The position numbers were made by a program, and so were the translations under genes. DNA of 60,690 bases, counting the filler, from Sphacelaria rigidula (Eukaryota), in NCBI GenBank assembly GCA_964200075.2. It is 7 parts of 7 records of this genome, joined end to end, with 100 filler letters (N's around TTAATTAATTAA, not from the genome) between each part and the next. Parts side by side here need not be neighbours in the genome. Positions count along the whole stretch, not along the records: positions 52,108 to 60,690 come from CAXNAA020010699.1; 6 more parts are not named here. The stretch is one strand, 5' to 3'. This document shows, piece after piece, positions 60,311-60,690 of the stretch (position 1 is its first letter; the number at the start of each line of letters is the position of its first letter). Below the pieces are notes generated by a model. The model did no database searches, had not been told where the DNA came from, and saw nothing but the letters and a program-made list of their open reading frames with translations.

Positions 60311-60690
60311 CCTGGTCCGACGAGAACCCGGCGTGCTCCATCCCGGCTTTGTAGGGGCGGGCCCCGATGGGGTTGGCGTCGTTTGGCGATGACGCTATAA
60401 AACATGCCACTCACTCCGTAAGCTAGGCAACCAGGTTACCTTTTTTTTTTGCGCACTTGCGTTTTTTTTGCGGTAATCATGATGGTAGTCGAGCTAGATC
60501 ATGTTGTGCGAAGTGGGAGAACCTCAACTCCGCACAATGGAAATGATGGCACCACGTAGTGTTTAAATGGTGAGGCACCCATGAGGCTGTGTATAAGCCG
60601 TGGCTGTCTCAAGAAGTGGCGATACCAAAAACTACAGCAACTCATTGTAGGCTGTCATTCAAATTCAAGATAATCAGTAGAGTTCGGGCC
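60311..60690 (-). repeat. Family A copy (distal ~380 bp, reverse orientation), running off the window end
   Basis: CCTGGTCCG..GAGAACCCGGCGTGCTCC..CCCGGCTTTGTAG...GTAAGCTAGGCAACCAGGT...ATGATGGTAGTCGAGCTAGATC is the reverse complement of ~5590-5969. It abuts a C-run at 60305-60309. Confidence 0.88.

Overview
This is eukaryotic nuclear DNA, most likely from a brown alga or another photosynthetic stramenopile. That is inferred from long GT-AG introns, a bipartite signal plus 'G|FVAP' plastid-targeting peptide, and tight head-to-head gene pairs. The window is not a continuous locus. It is seven contigs of 8585, 8585, 8585, 8584, 8584, 8584 and 8583 nt, apparently size-sorted and joined by six identical 100-nt spacers (44 N + TTAATTAATTAA + 44 N), so adjacency across spacers means nothing. 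Host genes: (1) a complete 3-exon, divergent 20S proteasome beta-3 gene with an in-frame signal-peptide-like extension; (2) the first exon of a divergently transcribed CRAL-TRIO/Sec14-like gene; (3) five internal exons of a SEL1L/Hrd3-like gene, one with a GC donor; (4) three exons of a plastid-targeted Tab2/ATAB2 RNA-binding protein gene; (5) two exons of an FAD-dependent monooxygenase gene head-to-head with Tab2. The rest is mostly repeats. These include a Ty3/Gypsy element with both LTRs, a 4-bp TSD and an internal RT deletion; a decayed LINE; an XPG-like plus Cys-cluster remnant resembling an AcademX transposase; and a dimeric tRNA-derived SINE. There are also many MITE/foldback families (TA, TTAA and TCA target duplications), a ~65-bp minisatellite, and an abundant ~600-bp unclassified repeat whose copies sit in G/C tracts. 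No prokaryotic-type system (CRISPR, operon) is present. All calls were made by eye; no searches were run.
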